From: Eubacteriales bacterium
Lineage (GTDB): Bacteria; Bacillota; Clostridia; Oscillospirales; SIG627
Assembly: GCA_045597125.1 (NCBI GenBank)
Contig: JAZODR010000038.1
Coordinates: 24,096 to 88,095, forward strand
DNA: 64,000 nucleotides
Reading direction: 5' to 3'
Shown here piece by piece: positions 20,808 to 31,362 of the stretch. Below the pieces are notes generated by a model. That model ran no database searches, was not told the origin of the DNA, and saw nothing but the letters and a program-made list of their open reading frames with translations. A program made the position numbers and the translations under genes. Each line of letters starts with the position of its first letter. Within the stretch, counting starts at the first letter, position 1.

Positions 20808-21281
20808 TTACATCTTATCCGAATCTATCACGATGGTAATGGGGCCGTCGTTTATGATTTCCACCTTCATATCTCCTCCGAATACACCCGGGAAGACCCT
20901 TACGGCAGGGTCACCTTCTTCATGAAGGGCATCGGCTTCGGTTTGCATTCTTTCAAGAAAGTATTCGTATAGCTTTTTTGCAGGTTCGTATTTCATGCTT
21001 TGCATAAAATCGGGTCTGCGGGAGGAAAGATTGGCGTAAAGGGTGAAATTGGATACCACCAAAATATCCGCGCCCACCTTTAAAGCGGAAAGGTTCAGTT
21101 TTCCGTTGTCATCTTGAAAGATGCGCATTTTTAAGATTTTATCAATAATCTTGTCTGCTTCGCACTGTGTATCGTTTTGATGCAGACCTAGCAGAATACA
21201 CATACCCTTCCCACATTCGGATATGGTTTTCCCTTCGCAGGTGAGTAGCGACTTTTCGGTGATTTGGAGAACGGCTCTCAT
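20808..21281 (-). CDS. dtd: D-aminoacyl-tRNA deacylase
   Basis: MRAVLQ, SNFTL and FGGDMKVEIINDGP motifs. Confidence 0.95.
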   Translation of the reverse strand: MRAVLQITEKSLLTCEGKTISECGKGMCILLGLHQNDTQCEADKIIDKILKMRIFQDDNGKLNLSALKVGADILVVSNFTLYANLSSRRPDFMQSMKYEPAKKLYEYFLERMQTEADALHEEGDPAVRVFPGVFGGDMKVEIINDGPITIVIDSDKM

Positions 21282-23479
21282 TTTTCTCCTCCTACCCGAA
21301 TTTGCAGAATCTCTTTGTTTTTCTTTAATTTTTCCAAAATGGAATTTAAGTGATCTCTGCCTTTAATGCCGATGGTAATCGACAAAAGGCTTGTCTGTTC
21401 GTTGGAGGTTTGGGTATTAATGGCGGAAATGGGAATACGCATTTCTGCAAGTGCTGTGGAAATGGATGCCATAACACCGATTTTATCTGCTACAAGGAGC
21501 AAAAGGGTGGCATTGTAGGTGGTGTGACTCTTTTCCTCGCCTGCGTTTTGCGCCCAGGAAGCATTGATCCAGCGATCGCGCTCGGGACTTGCAAGTCCTG
21601 CTTTTGCGTGAGGACAGGAATACTTATGTACGGATACGCCATAGCCGCGCGTAATATAACCGATGATTTCGTCGCCGGGCAGGGGAGAGCAGCATTTGGC
21701 AAATTTTACTTGGCAGTTCTCCAGTCCTTCAATAATGACGCCGCTGCCGGACTTCTTTTGTTCTTTCTTTTGCGCTTGAGAGATTTGGGTTACCTCCAGG
21801 GAGGCAGGTGTATTTGCGGCGTGGCTACGCTCGATTTCGTCGTGAATCTTGGTGTGAATTTTGGAAAGGGCAATTCCGCCGTAGCCGATGGAATTATAAA
21901 GGTCGTCCAGACTTTCCAGACCGTGGCGTTTGCAAATGGTGAGCATAATGCGCTCTTTTTCTTCCTCGGGAAGACCCTTGCTGATTTTTTCAAACTCTTT
22001 ATCTACCTCGGCTTTGGCGAGCTGGATATTTTCTTCTCTCTTTTCTTTCTTGTACCAGCCACGAATCTTGTTTTTCGCTTCGCCGCTTTTGACAATCTTA
22101 AGCCAGTCGCGGCTGGGACCTTTGGATGCGGAGGAGGTCAAAACTTCAATGATTTGACCCGTTTGCAAAACGGTGGTAATGGGCGCAATGGCGCCGTTGA
22201 TTTTGATTCCTACCATTTTGTTGCCTACACCGGAATGGATGGCATAGGCAAAATCAATTCCGCAAGAGCCCGTGGGAAGAGTGACTACATCTCCCTTGGG
22301 GGTGAAGACAAAGATTTCGTCTTCAAAAATATCAATCTTCAGAGGAGTCAGATACTCCTCGGAGTCCATGGATTTTTGTTCGCTTTCCAGAAGCATAGAA
22401 ATCCACTCCAGCTTCTTGTTGATGCCCTCTCCGCTTTTTTGACCGCTCTTGTATTTCCAGTGGGCGGCAATACCGTATTCTGCAATCTGATGCATTTCCG
22501 TGGTTCGAATTTGCACCTCGAAGGGTACACCTGCCCGTCCGATGACCGTGGTATGCAAAGAACGGTAGTTATTGGGTTTGGGCGTGGAAATATAGTCCTT
22601 GAATCGGCCGGGCATAGAGTGATACATTTCGTGAATCAGACCCAGAGCAGTATAACAGGCAATTTCGGAATCCACAATAATGCGCACTGCATAAAAGTCA
22701 TAAATCTCGTCAAAGCTCTTGCTGGAACGGTACATTTTTCGGTAGATGGAGTAAATGCTCTTTACGCGTCCTTTAATGGAGTACTCTAATCCTTGCTCGG
22801 AAAGCTTTTCTCCGATTTCTTTTTTTATATTTTCAATAAAATTGCGGTTTTCGCCGTACTTGGTATCCACCCAATCGCAGATTTCCTCATATCCGATAGG
22901 ATCTAGATATTGAAGTGCAAGGCTTTCCAATTCTTGCTTAATTCTTTGGATACCGAGTCTGTGAGCGAGGGGCGCATAAACGTGCATCGTTTCCAGTGCG
23001 ATCAAGCGCTGTTTTTCCTCAACGTGTGAGGAAAGGGTGCGCATATTGTGCAGTCTGTCGCAAAGTTTGATTAGAATTACTCGGATGTCGCGGCTCATGG
23101 CCAGAAACATCTTTCTCAGGTTTTCAATATGCTCTTCTTCTTTGTCTTCAAACGGGATGGTAACCAGCTTGGTCAGACCATCCACCAGAATCATTACGTC
23201 TCCGCCGAATTCTGTTTTGATGCCTTCCAGACTTGCGCCGTCACAATCCTCAACAATATCGTGAAGCAGAGCGGCGCAAATGGCATCGGTGTCAAGGTTC
23301 AGCTCGGCGCAAATTTCCGCAACGGAAAGAGGGTGATAGATATACTCTTCACCCGATTTGCGGAATTGGCCGCGATGCGCCTGTTCAGCATAAACAAAGG
23401 CGCGCTGAATCTTTTCCGTATCGTATCGCTTTCCGCTTTCTTCCAAAAGTTTAAACAATTTTTCGGTCGAGGCTGACAT
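21278..23479 (-). CDS. rel: bifunctional (p)ppGpp synthetase/hydrolase
   Basis: HD (LLHDIVED), RFKDY, EVQIRT, TGS, ZFD and ACT domains. Confidence 0.97.
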   Translation of the reverse strand: MSASTEKLFKLLEESGKRYDTEKIQRAFVYAEQAHRGQFRKSGEEYIYHPLSVAEICAELNLDTDAICAALLHDIVEDCDGASLEGIKTEFGGDVMILVDGLTKLVTIPFEDKEEEHIENLRKMFLAMSRDIRVILIKLCDRLHNMRTLSSHVEEKQRLIALETMHVYAPLAHRLGIQRIKQELESLALQYLDPIGYEEICDWVDTKYGENRNFIENIKKEIGEKLSEQGLEYSIKGRVKSIYSIYRKMYRSSKSFDEIYDFYAVRIIVDSEIACYTALGLIHEMYHSMPGRFKDYISTPKPNNYRSLHTTVIGRAGVPFEVQIRTTEMHQIAEYGIAAHWKYKSGQKSGEGINKKLEWISMLLESEQKSMDSEEYLTPLKIDIFEDEIFVFTPKGDVVTLPTGSCGIDFAYAIHSGVGNKMVGIKINGAIAPITTVLQTGQIIEVLTSSASKGPSRDWLKIVKSGEAKNKIRGWYKKEKREENIQLAKAEVDKEFEKISKGLPEEEKERIMLTICKRHGLESLDDLYNSIGYGGIALSKIHTKIHDEIERSHAANTPASLEVTQISQAQKKEQKKSGSGVIIEGLENCQVKFAKCCSPLPGDEIIGYITRGYGVSVHKYSCPHAKAGLASPERDRWINASWAQNAGEEKSHTTYNATLLLLVADKIGVMASISTALAEMRIPISAINTQTSNEQTSLLSITIGIKGRDHLNSILEKLKKNKEILQIRVGGEK

Positions 23480-23580
23480 TTACAAACCCTTTCTCTTCCA
23501 GTTGGATATAAAACACCTATTTTAATACTTTATTATATAATATAAAAACAAAAATTACAAGTCCCAATACCGTTTTTTTG

Positions 23581-23623
23581 AAAAAGAAACACCGTTTGTC
23601 TGATGACAAACGGTGTTTCTTTT
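23581..23623 (-). terminator. intrinsic terminator after tRNA
   Basis: AAAGAAACACCGTTTGTC/GACAAACGGTGTTTCTTT inverted repeat. Confidence 0.85.
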
Positions 23624-23700
23624 TGGCCCACCCTAAGAGATTCGAACTCCCAACCTTCAGAATCGGAATCTGATGCTCTATCCAGTTGCGCTAAGGGTGG
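23624..23700 (-). tRNA. tRNA-Arg(CCG)
   Basis: CCACCCT acceptor stem, anticodon arm TCAGA-TTCCGAT-TCTGA, GTTCGAATC T-loop, encoded CCA, 77 nt. Confidence 0.95.
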
Positions 23701-23727
23701 AAATCAAGTGCCGAAATCGGCACTTTT

Positions 23728-26040
23728 TTACTCTGTCAAAGAGGGAATTACGATGGGGATTAACCAAAGGAGCTGATAAATCAGAACAAATAGACCGGTA
23801 ATTCTGCTCAGACCGCTGATGAGGAACAGAAATACAACAATGCCTGCGCCCAAAACCAAGGAAAGAAACTTCATTACTACGTTGGCACGGGTTAGGTGGC
23901 GCAAAGAATCACATAGGCTGAAGGTTCTGAGAAGGTTTGCAATTGTTGAAATACATACAATGCCACTCTCGCTCTTTTCTGCGGCGGGAGCATCTTTCAT
24001 AGCTTCACAGCTCTTGATGATTCCTGCAGGAATCTTTTTGTTCTTTAAAAGACTGCGGAACAGGTCTGAGTCAACATTGGGATCACAAGTTTTAACTGCG
24101 GGACAAATACCGGAACGGAACAAGGTCAGAATCGTCTTTTTAAAATTGCTGCTGATTGGATATTTTATATAGAATTTTGCAGCCAATTCACTGCCGATTA
24201 CCATATACATAATCTTGCCGTGATTGCTTTCAAAATTCTCATCCTGATCGTCTTTGGTGTAACCGAAGTCATAGGAAAGCAGATAGTTTTTATTTCCTAC
24301 GAAAACATCCAATCCATCAATGCAAGCACACATTCCGTCTGCCGTAATTTCCTTAAAATCAAAGTCCTCGGATACCTCTTCCACCACGCCCGAAATGGTC
24401 TTTTTGAATACCACGGAAAGGGGACCGCCGAGCTTCTCGAAAATCATTGCGGCATAAAGAATTGCTTTGTCAATTCGAGTGTTTCCGTAGGTACGAATGG
24501 TGGTAATCTTCACTTTTGCAGGGGGAAAGATTTCTTTATCCGTAAAGGAAACTACGTCTGCGGAGGCATACTCTTCTGCCGCGGCGATACTGGCAATCGT
24601 ACTGCCGATCTTTTCCGATTTTGCCGCCATATGCGCAAAGGGGAGAGAGATGCTAAATACGCAGGAAACAGGGAGAGTCATAACTGCCATCATCATAAAG
24701 TTGGAGGCGGTTTCGGCAATGCTTGGAACCTTCAGATAGGAGAACACGGCGAATGCCACGGAGAAGACCATGGACAATGCAAGTACCCATCCGTAAGAGC
24801 GTTCTGCCTTGCTGCGCTCACGGCTGCGGGCAAAGAAGTTTTCAATAAAATGCGCTTTTTGAATGGAGAAGAAACGGGGATTTCCATCCAATTCCTCGCG
24901 GAAAGCTTCAGCCTCCGGACTTTCGGAGTCCAGTGCTTTTGCAACCAGCTTTTCTTTTTTACTGCCACAGATACGGAACGTGCGATAAGTGCGCTTGGCA
25001 TCCAAAAAATTGGCGATGGAATTGAGTACGGCAAAAAGCGTGGCAACAGAGCCGAACAAGGGGTATTCCGTAGCGCCGAAGATTAAAAGGATGGCAATGT
25101 GCACAACGGATAACAGGTAGAGCATAAACAAAACCGTGTTCCGATCGGGTCTTCCACCCAAAAGATTCTTGATTCCGACACCCAAGGAGGGGAGAATCAA
25201 AAGTCCTGAAATGAAGATGACTTGCAAATCTACCAAAAGATAAATCGCGTTGTAAATTCCGCCGGGCTTTAAGAATTCAGGATGCGGAAAACCGGAAAAC
25301 GTTGCGCTTTCCAGATACAAAACGGCAAGAAATGTCACGAAGACCCAAAGCACAGAGGAAAGACTGCGATAATTTTTGTTTCTCAGATGCTCCGCAAATT
25401 CATCATACTCCTCGGGGGAGGTGTATTCGTCGGGAAGCACGGGGTTGGATTCGTATTTTGTTTCAATTTCTTCGTAGGTATCGCTGTAAGGATCGTCAGG
25501 CACGTTTTCATCGGAAATATGATATTCATCTGCCAGAGGGGGAATGTCCGTGCGGGTCATTTCTGCGGGATCAATTTCCTGCATAGCAGATTCTGCCAAA
25601 GAACTGTATTCTTTGGTTTTTTCTTCGTCCCCGTCGTGAATGGCAATGTAATCCCGTGTTTTATCCTCGTCGCTTCCGTGATCGGCAATGTATTCCGTAT
25701 GATTGTTTTTCTTTCTTTTTTGGGAAGGGTCATTTCCAAAGATTTCTCTTAAAAGATTTGCCGTCTCGTCGTACTCCTCCTCGGAGCTCTCTGCGCCGAT
25801 GGTACCCTTGGAACGGGAGAATACCTCGCCCAGCTTGTCCGAATCTACCGAAGAAGGGGAGAGAGCATCCAGAAGATCCTGGGGGACAGAGGTTTTTTCC
25901 TCCGTCTTTTCTTCTCTTTCGGGGGCGATTTTTTCATCCTCTTCGAGAAGCAACTCGGAGAGCAATTCGTCTTTTTGCTTGGTGTCTTGTTGAGCGGGGT
26001 TCACTTTTTCTTTGCGTTTTAACTTGTAAACAGAAGCCAT
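23728..26040 (-). CDS. degenerate P1B-type ATPase-like membrane protein with acidic N-terminal extension
   Basis: TM, N and P-domain order mirrors CopA/ZntA, but DKTGT, CPC, TGE and GDGxND are absent. Start at 26040 (GAAAGGA SD). Confidence 0.7.
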   Translation of the reverse strand: MASVYKLKRKEKVNPAQQDTKQKDELLSELLLEEDEKIAPEREEKTEEKTSVPQDLLDALSPSSVDSDKLGEVFSRSKGTIGAESSEEEYDETANLLREIFGNDPSQKRKKNNHTEYIADHGSDEDKTRDYIAIHDGDEEKTKEYSSLAESAMQEIDPAEMTRTDIPPLADEYHISDENVPDDPYSDTYEEIETKYESNPVLPDEYTSPEEYDEFAEHLRNKNYRSLSSVLWVFVTFLAVLYLESATFSGFPHPEFLKPGGIYNAIYLLVDLQVIFISGLLILPSLGVGIKNLLGGRPDRNTVLFMLYLLSVVHIAILLIFGATEYPLFGSVATLFAVLNSIANFLDAKRTYRTFRICGSKKEKLVAKALDSESPEAEAFREELDGNPRFFSIQKAHFIENFFARSRERSKAERSYGWVLALSMVFSVAFAVFSYLKVPSIAETASNFMMMAVMTLPVSCVFSISLPFAHMAAKSEKIGSTIASIAAAEEYASADVVSFTDKEIFPPAKVKITTIRTYGNTRIDKAILYAAMIFEKLGGPLSVVFKKTISGVVEEVSEDFDFKEITADGMCACIDGLDVFVGNKNYLLSYDFGYTKDDQDENFESNHGKIMYMVIGSELAAKFYIKYPISSNFKKTILTLFRSGICPAVKTCDPNVDSDLFRSLLKNKKIPAGIIKSCEAMKDAPAAEKSESGIVCISTIANLLRTFSLCDSLRHLTRANVVMKFLSLVLGAGIVVFLFLISGLSRITGLFVLIYQLLWLIPIVIPSLTE

Positions 26041-26059
26041 ATTGAATCCTTTCCGAAAA

Positions 26060-26830
26060 TTATCTGTATTTGGCCGCTTCGTAAAGAATGACGGCGCCAG
26101 CACAGGAAACGTTCAGGGAATTGACTTTTCCGCGCATAGGCAGAGAAATAATAAAATCGCTTTTTTCTTTGATCAGCCTGGAAATACCGAATCCTTCCGA
26201 TCCGAGTACGACGGCGATTGCGCCGCTGAAATTCTGCTTGTCGTAAGGAGTTCCGTCCGCCTCGCAGGCATAAATCCATACGCCGCGTTCGCGAAGCTTG
26301 TCTATAGCGGCAGCAAGGTTGGTTACGCGACAAACTGCCAGATGCTCTGCAGCACCCGCGCTGGATTTGATTACTGTGGGGGTAAGTCCCACTGCTTTGT
26401 TTTTCGGAATGATGATTCCGTGGGCGCCCGCACCTTCACAGCAGCGGATTAAAGCACCCAAATTGTGGGGGTCTTCCACTCCGTCTGCAATAACAAAAAA
26501 AGGTTTTTCTCCGCGTTCTTCGGCAATTTCAAAGAGCTGTTCCAAGGTGGCGTATTCTTTTTGCCCTGCCATTGCTACAACACCTTGATGAAACGTTCCG
26601 CCTGCCAGAAGGGTTAATTTTTGTTTGTCTGCATAGGAGAGGGGAATCTTTTTTTCTTTGGCAATGGCAACGATTTTTTTCAAACTGCCTTCGCCGTCTT
26701 TTTGCAAATAAATCTTCTCTACGCTTCGTCCCGAGGATAAGAGCTCCAACACGGCATTTCGCCCTGCAACAACTGCATTGTCCGAGGACTCTTTTGCGGA
26801 AAGAGACTTTTTATATATTTCATTTTTCAT
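26060..26830 (-). CDS. rlmB: 23S rRNA Gm2251 methyltransferase
   Basis: GRNAVLE, HQGVVA, DPHNLGA, GSEGFG and SLNVS motifs. Start set at MKNE. Confidence 0.92.
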   Translation of the reverse strand: MKNEIYKKSLSAKESSDNAVVAGRNAVLELLSSGRSVEKIYLQKDGEGSLKKIVAIAKEKKIPLSYADKQKLTLLAGGTFHQGVVAMAGQKEYATLEQLFEIAEERGEKPFFVIADGVEDPHNLGALIRCCEGAGAHGIIIPKNKAVGLTPTVIKSSAGAAEHLAVCRVTNLAAAIDKLRERGVWIYACEADGTPYDKQNFSGAIAVVLGSEGFGISRLIKEKSDFIISLPMRGKVNSLNVSCAGAVILYEAAKYR

Positions 26831-27027
26831 ACAAATAATTATACCACAAGAAAAATGAAATGTATAGGCTTTTTTAAATTTTTTTTGAAAAAAGTTATCG
26901 TGTTTTCCGAATTTTTGGCACAAAATCGAAAAATTTCTTCATTTATAGAAAAATTATTATAGAAAAAACTTGCAATTTTGTATTGTTTTGGTATATGATA
27001 GAAAAATAAAGTGGAAGGGAGTGCGCT

Positions 27028-27831
27028 ATGGAGTGGAAAAAAATTGAAAGCCGTTCAAATCCGTCGGTGAAATACGCTGCCTCTCTCTCGGATAAAAAAT
27101 TTCGTGATCGCCAGGAGGTCTTCTCTGCAGAGGGATTTACCTTGTTTTTTGATTTTTGTCAAATGGGTCTGTTTCCCCAAAAGGTTTATTTGGCGGAAAA
27201 AGCTGTTTCTTTTCGTATGCGGATTGAACAGGCGCTGAAAACATCCAATTCGCAGCTTTTTTTGCTTTCTGATTCCGCTTTTGAAAAGGTGACTACGGAA
27301 AAAGGCTCTCAGGGACTTTTGTGTGTGTATTCTGTGCGTGATGTACATGCGTTGATGCCTTTGTCAAAAACAGGAAAGCTGATTGCGCTGGAGCGTGTTC
27401 AGGATCCGGGCAATGTGGGTACCGTGATTCGTACAGCCTCCGCTTTCGGATTTGACGGTGTTTTATTGGTAGATTGTGCGGACCCTTTCGGACCCAAGGC
27501 GGTTCGCGCCACGATGGGCGCCATTGCGGGTATCCCAATCCGTACATTTTCTCAAACGGGAGAATTGTTTTCGTTTTTGAAGGACAAGCGTGTGCGTACA
27601 GTTGCCGCTTGCCTTGCGCCTGATTCCCGAGAAATCGGAGAAACGGATTTGTCTGAGCCTATTTGTGTTTTGATTGGCAATGAGGGGAAAGGCTTGAGCC
27701 AAGAGGCAATTTCCCTTGCCGATGCTTCTTGCGTAATTCCCATACAAACAATGGAAAGCCTTAATGCCGCTTCTGCGGCAACGGTATTTCTCTGGGAGAT
27801 ACAGCGAAGGGGGATGGAATATGAAGGATAA
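27028..27831 (+). CDS. TrmH/SpoU family RNA methyltransferase
   Basis: QDPGNVGTVIRT, IGNEGKG and ESLNA motifs. Confidence 0.92.
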   Translation: MEWKKIESRSNPSVKYAASLSDKKFRDRQEVFSAEGFTLFFDFCQMGLFPQKVYLAEKAVSFRMRIEQALKTSNSQLFLLSDSAFEKVTTEKGSQGLLCVYSVRDVHALMPLSKTGKLIALERVQDPGNVGTVIRTASAFGFDGVLLVDCADPFGPKAVRATMGAIAGIPIRTFSQTGELFSFLKDKRVRTVAACLAPDSREIGETDLSEPICVLIGNEGKGLSQEAISLADASCVIPIQTMESLNAASAATVFLWEIQRRGMEYEG

Positions 27832-29086
27832 AGAGCGAATCTATTGGCTTTGGTTGTCCCTTGCTTGCCGTCCCGGTTCTGCATTGCCGTCTACTCTATT
27901 GAAATTTTTCGGCTCTCCGAAAAAAGTTTATGAGGCAAGTGAAGAGGATTTTGCTCAGCTTGATATTCCGTTTTACGGTCATGAGAAGGAGCTTTGTGAT
28001 AAGAGTCTGGATCGTGCCAAGGATATTTTGTCGTGGTGCAAAAAGGAAAAGGTGGGGCTTGTAACTCCCGAGGATTATTTCTATCCCGATGCTTTTCGTG
28101 TGTTGCCCAATAAGCCTATGGTGCTTTACTACCTGGGGAATTTTTGCGATTTAGATAATCGCTTCACCGTAGGCGTCGTGGGAACCCGTCATCCGAGCAA
28201 TTACGGACTTCACGCCGCCAAACGGATTTCTTACGATCTTGCCCGATCCGGCGCGGTGATCGTTTCGGGACTTGCTCTTGGAATTGATGCCGCGGCGCAT
28301 CGCGCAGCTTTATACCATGAGAGTTTTACCGTTGGCATTATCGGCTGCGGAATTGATAAGGTTTATCCAAAGGAAAATGTAAAGCTTTATGAAGAGGTTA
28401 TTCGCAAGGGTCTGCTTATGACCGAATATCCTCCCGGGACTGCACCGTTGGGGAAAAACTTTCCTGTACGCAATCGTCTGATCGCCGCGCTTTCCGATGC
28501 CGTTTGCGTGATTGAGGGAAGCGAGCAAAGCGGTTCGCTAATCACCGCTGAGGATGCTTTGAAACAGGGAAAGGCTCTCTATGCCGTGCCCGGTTCGATT
28601 TTTGCCCGAGAAAGCGCGGGAAGCAATTTTCTTCTGCGTGTGGGTGCAAAGCCGTGTCTTTCTGCCTATGATATGGTGGAAGATTTTCGTTTGCGATATC
28701 CTATGCTGAAGGGAGAAGTGGCTTTGTTCAAGGCAAGCGAGGTGAAGCAGAAGGATAAGACAAAAAAGAAATTGCGCACCTACGTATTTCCCGGTTCTGC
28801 AAGATCCGAGGATGAAAAAACGCTTCCCAATGAATATGAGTTTATTAGTCACGAAAAGGGAAAGGAAGGTCCCTCGTCCCAGATGTCTTGTCTGACCAGT
28901 CTTTCTTCCCAGGAACGGAGTGTTTTTTCCGCTCTTGGCTATGATCCGATGAATGTGGATTCCTTAGTTACGGAGGAAATGAGTGCTTCCGTGCTTCTGG
29001 CAATTTTAATAAAACTCGAAAAGAAAGGATTGGTACGAAAGGTGACCGACGGCAAATACGTCCTTACCGATCGTGCTGAGATTTGA
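27821..29086 (+). CDS. dprA: DNA-processing protein DprA
   Basis: VVGTR, VSGLALGIDAAAH, FPVRNRLIA and SGSLITA motifs, plus C-terminal winged helix. Confidence 0.95.
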   Translation: MKDKERIYWLWLSLACRPGSALPSTLLKFFGSPKKVYEASEEDFAQLDIPFYGHEKELCDKSLDRAKDILSWCKKEKVGLVTPEDYFYPDAFRVLPNKPMVLYYLGNFCDLDNRFTVGVVGTRHPSNYGLHAAKRISYDLARSGAVIVSGLALGIDAAAHRAALYHESFTVGIIGCGIDKVYPKENVKLYEEVIRKGLLMTEYPPGTAPLGKNFPVRNRLIAALSDAVCVIEGSEQSGSLITAEDALKQGKALYAVPGSIFARESAGSNFLLRVGAKPCLSAYDMVEDFRLRYPMLKGEVALFKASEVKQKDKTKKKLRTYVFPGSARSEDEKTLPNEYEFISHEKGKEGPSSQMSCLTSLSSQERSVFSALGYDPMNVDSLVTEEMSASVLLAILIKLEKKGLVRKVTDGKYVLTDRAEI

Positions 29087-29097
29087 AAGGAAATACT

Positions 29098-31353
29098 ATG
29101 GCACAGAATCTTGTAATTGTAGAGTCACCCACAAAAGCAACCACTATTAAGAGCTTTTTGGGTAGTGGGTATAAGGTGATTGCCTGTCAGGGGCATATTC
29201 GCGATCTTCCCAAAAGCACCTTGGGGGTGGATGTGGAAAATGACTTTGAACCTAAGTATATCAATATTCGCGGTAAAGGTGAACTCATTGCACAACTGAA
29301 AAAAGAGGCAAAGGCTGCCGATCGCGTGTTTCTCGCAAGCGACCCTGACCGCGAAGGTGAAGCCATCAGTTGGCATCTGTATCAGGTGCTGAAGTTGGAG
29401 GAAAAGGGCGGCGGAAGAATTTCCTTTAATGAAATTACAAAACCTGCGGTGAAACACGCCATTGCCAACCCTCGCAAGATTGATATGGCGCTGGTGGATT
29501 CTCAGCAGACTCGTCGTATTTTGGATCGTATCTTAGGATACAAGCTCAGCCCGCTGCTTTGGAAAAATGTGCAAAACGGTCTTTCCGCAGGCAGGGTTCA
29601 GTCTGTTGCAACCAGATTGCTTGTGGAGCGTGAGCGAGAAATTGCTGCTTTCATACCCGAAGAATATTGGACGCTCAATGTTCTTCTCGGAACGCCGCAA
29701 GGCAAGGATTTTGTTGCTCGCTTCCACGGTAACGGGCAGAAGAAGATTTCTTTGCCCAGCGGTGAGAGCTGTGATAAGGTTTTGGCATCCTTGCAGGGGG
29801 CTCGCTATGTGGTGAAGAAGATTACCTGCACCACCAAGACAAAAAATCCACAGCCTCCCTTTACCACCTCTCAATTGCAACAGGAGGCGTTTAAGCGTCT
29901 TGGCTTCCAGTCCAAGCGTACGATGCGTATTGCTCAATCTCTTTATGAAGGTATCAGCTTGGGCAAACATGAGGAACACGGTTTGATTACCTATATGAGA
30001 ACCGACTCGCTCCGCGTTTCTGCAGAGGCACAGGAAAGTGCAAGGGAAGTAATTCTGAATAAATTCGGTGATAAATTTTATCCTGCAAAGCCCAGAGTCT
30101 ATAAGTCCAAGGGATCCAGTCAGGATGCCCACGAAGCCATTCGCCCCACGGACCCTTCCAAGACTCCCGATTCTTTGAAGGATGTTCTTTCCACAGAGCA
30201 GTACCGCCTTTACAAACTGATTTGGGATCGTTTTATGGCAAGTCAGATGGCTTCTGCAAAAACCGATGTGCAAACGGTGGATATTGAGGCAGAGTGTTCC
30301 GACGGTAAGCGTTACCGCTTTAAGGCAAGCGGTGAAGCGATTCGCTTCCACGGCTTTTTAAAGGTGTACGGAGAGTGGAAGGAAGAAGATGATGAGGATA
30401 AGGTTCACGGCGGTAAACTTCCTGCTTTGAATGAAGAAGAGGAGCTTGAGAAAAAGGAACTGCTTTCCAAGCAGAATTTTACGCAGCCTCCCCGTCGGTA
30501 TAATGAAGCAAGTCTTGTGGATGCACTTGAGGAAAAGGGGATCGGAAGACCCAGTACCTACGCGCCCACCATTGAAACCATTATCAACCGCGGCTACGTT
30601 TCCAGAGATAAAAAGCAGCTTGTTCCCACCCGTTTGGGTGAGGTTACCAATGACATTATGGAAAAGCATTTTACCACTGTGGTTGATTATGAATTTACCG
30701 CGAATCTGGAAAAAAGATTGGACGATATTGCGGATAGCAAAGAGCCTTATAAGCTTGTCCTCTCTGAGTTTTATGCAGAATTTAAGCGCTTAATGGATAA
30801 GGCCGAGATTGCATTTTCCGAAACCGGTAAGGTTCAACTTCCTCAAGAAGAACTAGATGTTATCTGTCCCAACTGCGGCAAAAAAATGATTATCAAGTCG
30901 GGTCGATTCGGAAAATTTGCCGCTTGTCCCGGCTATCCCGAATGTAAGACCACGATGACTCTTGATCGTGACGGCAAGGTGACTCTTCCCTCCGAAAAGG
31001 CAGAGGAGCCTGTAGTGGAAGGAATGCAGTGTGAAATTTGCGGCGGTCCCGTTGTTCTGAAAAAGGGACGCTTTGGCGAATTTTATGCATGTAAGGATTA
31101 CCCCAAGTGCCGTTTTACCCGTCAGAAGGCGAGAAAAATTGGTGTCGCCTGTCCTAAGTGCGGCGGTGATATCGTGGAGAAGCATAGCAGAAAAAGTACG
31201 TTCTACGGTTGTGATAATTATCCCAAATGCGACTTTTCTCTCTGGGATGAGCCCACGGGTAAGTCTTGTCCGGAGTGCGGAAGCCTTTTGGTGAAAAAGA
31301 AGAATGGAACCGTGCTTTGTTCCTCCAAGGAATGTAAATATAAAGAAAGCTAA
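29098..31353 (+). CDS. topA: DNA topoisomerase I
   Basis: LVIVESP, DPDREGE, SAGRVQS and ITYMRTD motifs, with four C-terminal Zn ribbons. Confidence 0.98.
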   Translation: MAQNLVIVESPTKATTIKSFLGSGYKVIACQGHIRDLPKSTLGVDVENDFEPKYINIRGKGELIAQLKKEAKAADRVFLASDPDREGEAISWHLYQVLKLEEKGGGRISFNEITKPAVKHAIANPRKIDMALVDSQQTRRILDRILGYKLSPLLWKNVQNGLSAGRVQSVATRLLVEREREIAAFIPEEYWTLNVLLGTPQGKDFVARFHGNGQKKISLPSGESCDKVLASLQGARYVVKKITCTTKTKNPQPPFTTSQLQQEAFKRLGFQSKRTMRIAQSLYEGISLGKHEEHGLITYMRTDSLRVSAEAQESAREVILNKFGDKFYPAKPRVYKSKGSSQDAHEAIRPTDPSKTPDSLKDVLSTEQYRLYKLIWDRFMASQMASAKTDVQTVDIEAECSDGKRYRFKASGEAIRFHGFLKVYGEWKEEDDEDKVHGGKLPALNEEEELEKKELLSKQNFTQPPRRYNEASLVDALEEKGIGRPSTYAPTIETIINRGYVSRDKKQLVPTRLGEVTNDIMEKHFTTVVDYEFTANLEKRLDDIADSKEPYKLVLSEFYAEFKRLMDKAEIAFSETGKVQLPQEELDVICPNCGKKMIIKSGRFGKFAACPGYPECKTTMTLDRDGKVTLPSEKAEEPVVEGMQCEICGGPVVLKKGRFGEFYACKDYPKCRFTRQKARKIGVACPKCGGDIVEKHSRKSTFYGCDNYPKCDFSLWDEPTGKSCPECGSLLVKKKNGTVLCSSKECKYKES

Positions 31354-31362
31354 GGATAGAAT

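Noticed and set aside
23624-23700. tRNA-Arg as the attachment site of an integrated element
   Set aside because: I noticed no duplicated tRNA 3' end or integrase, and the flanking genes are core.
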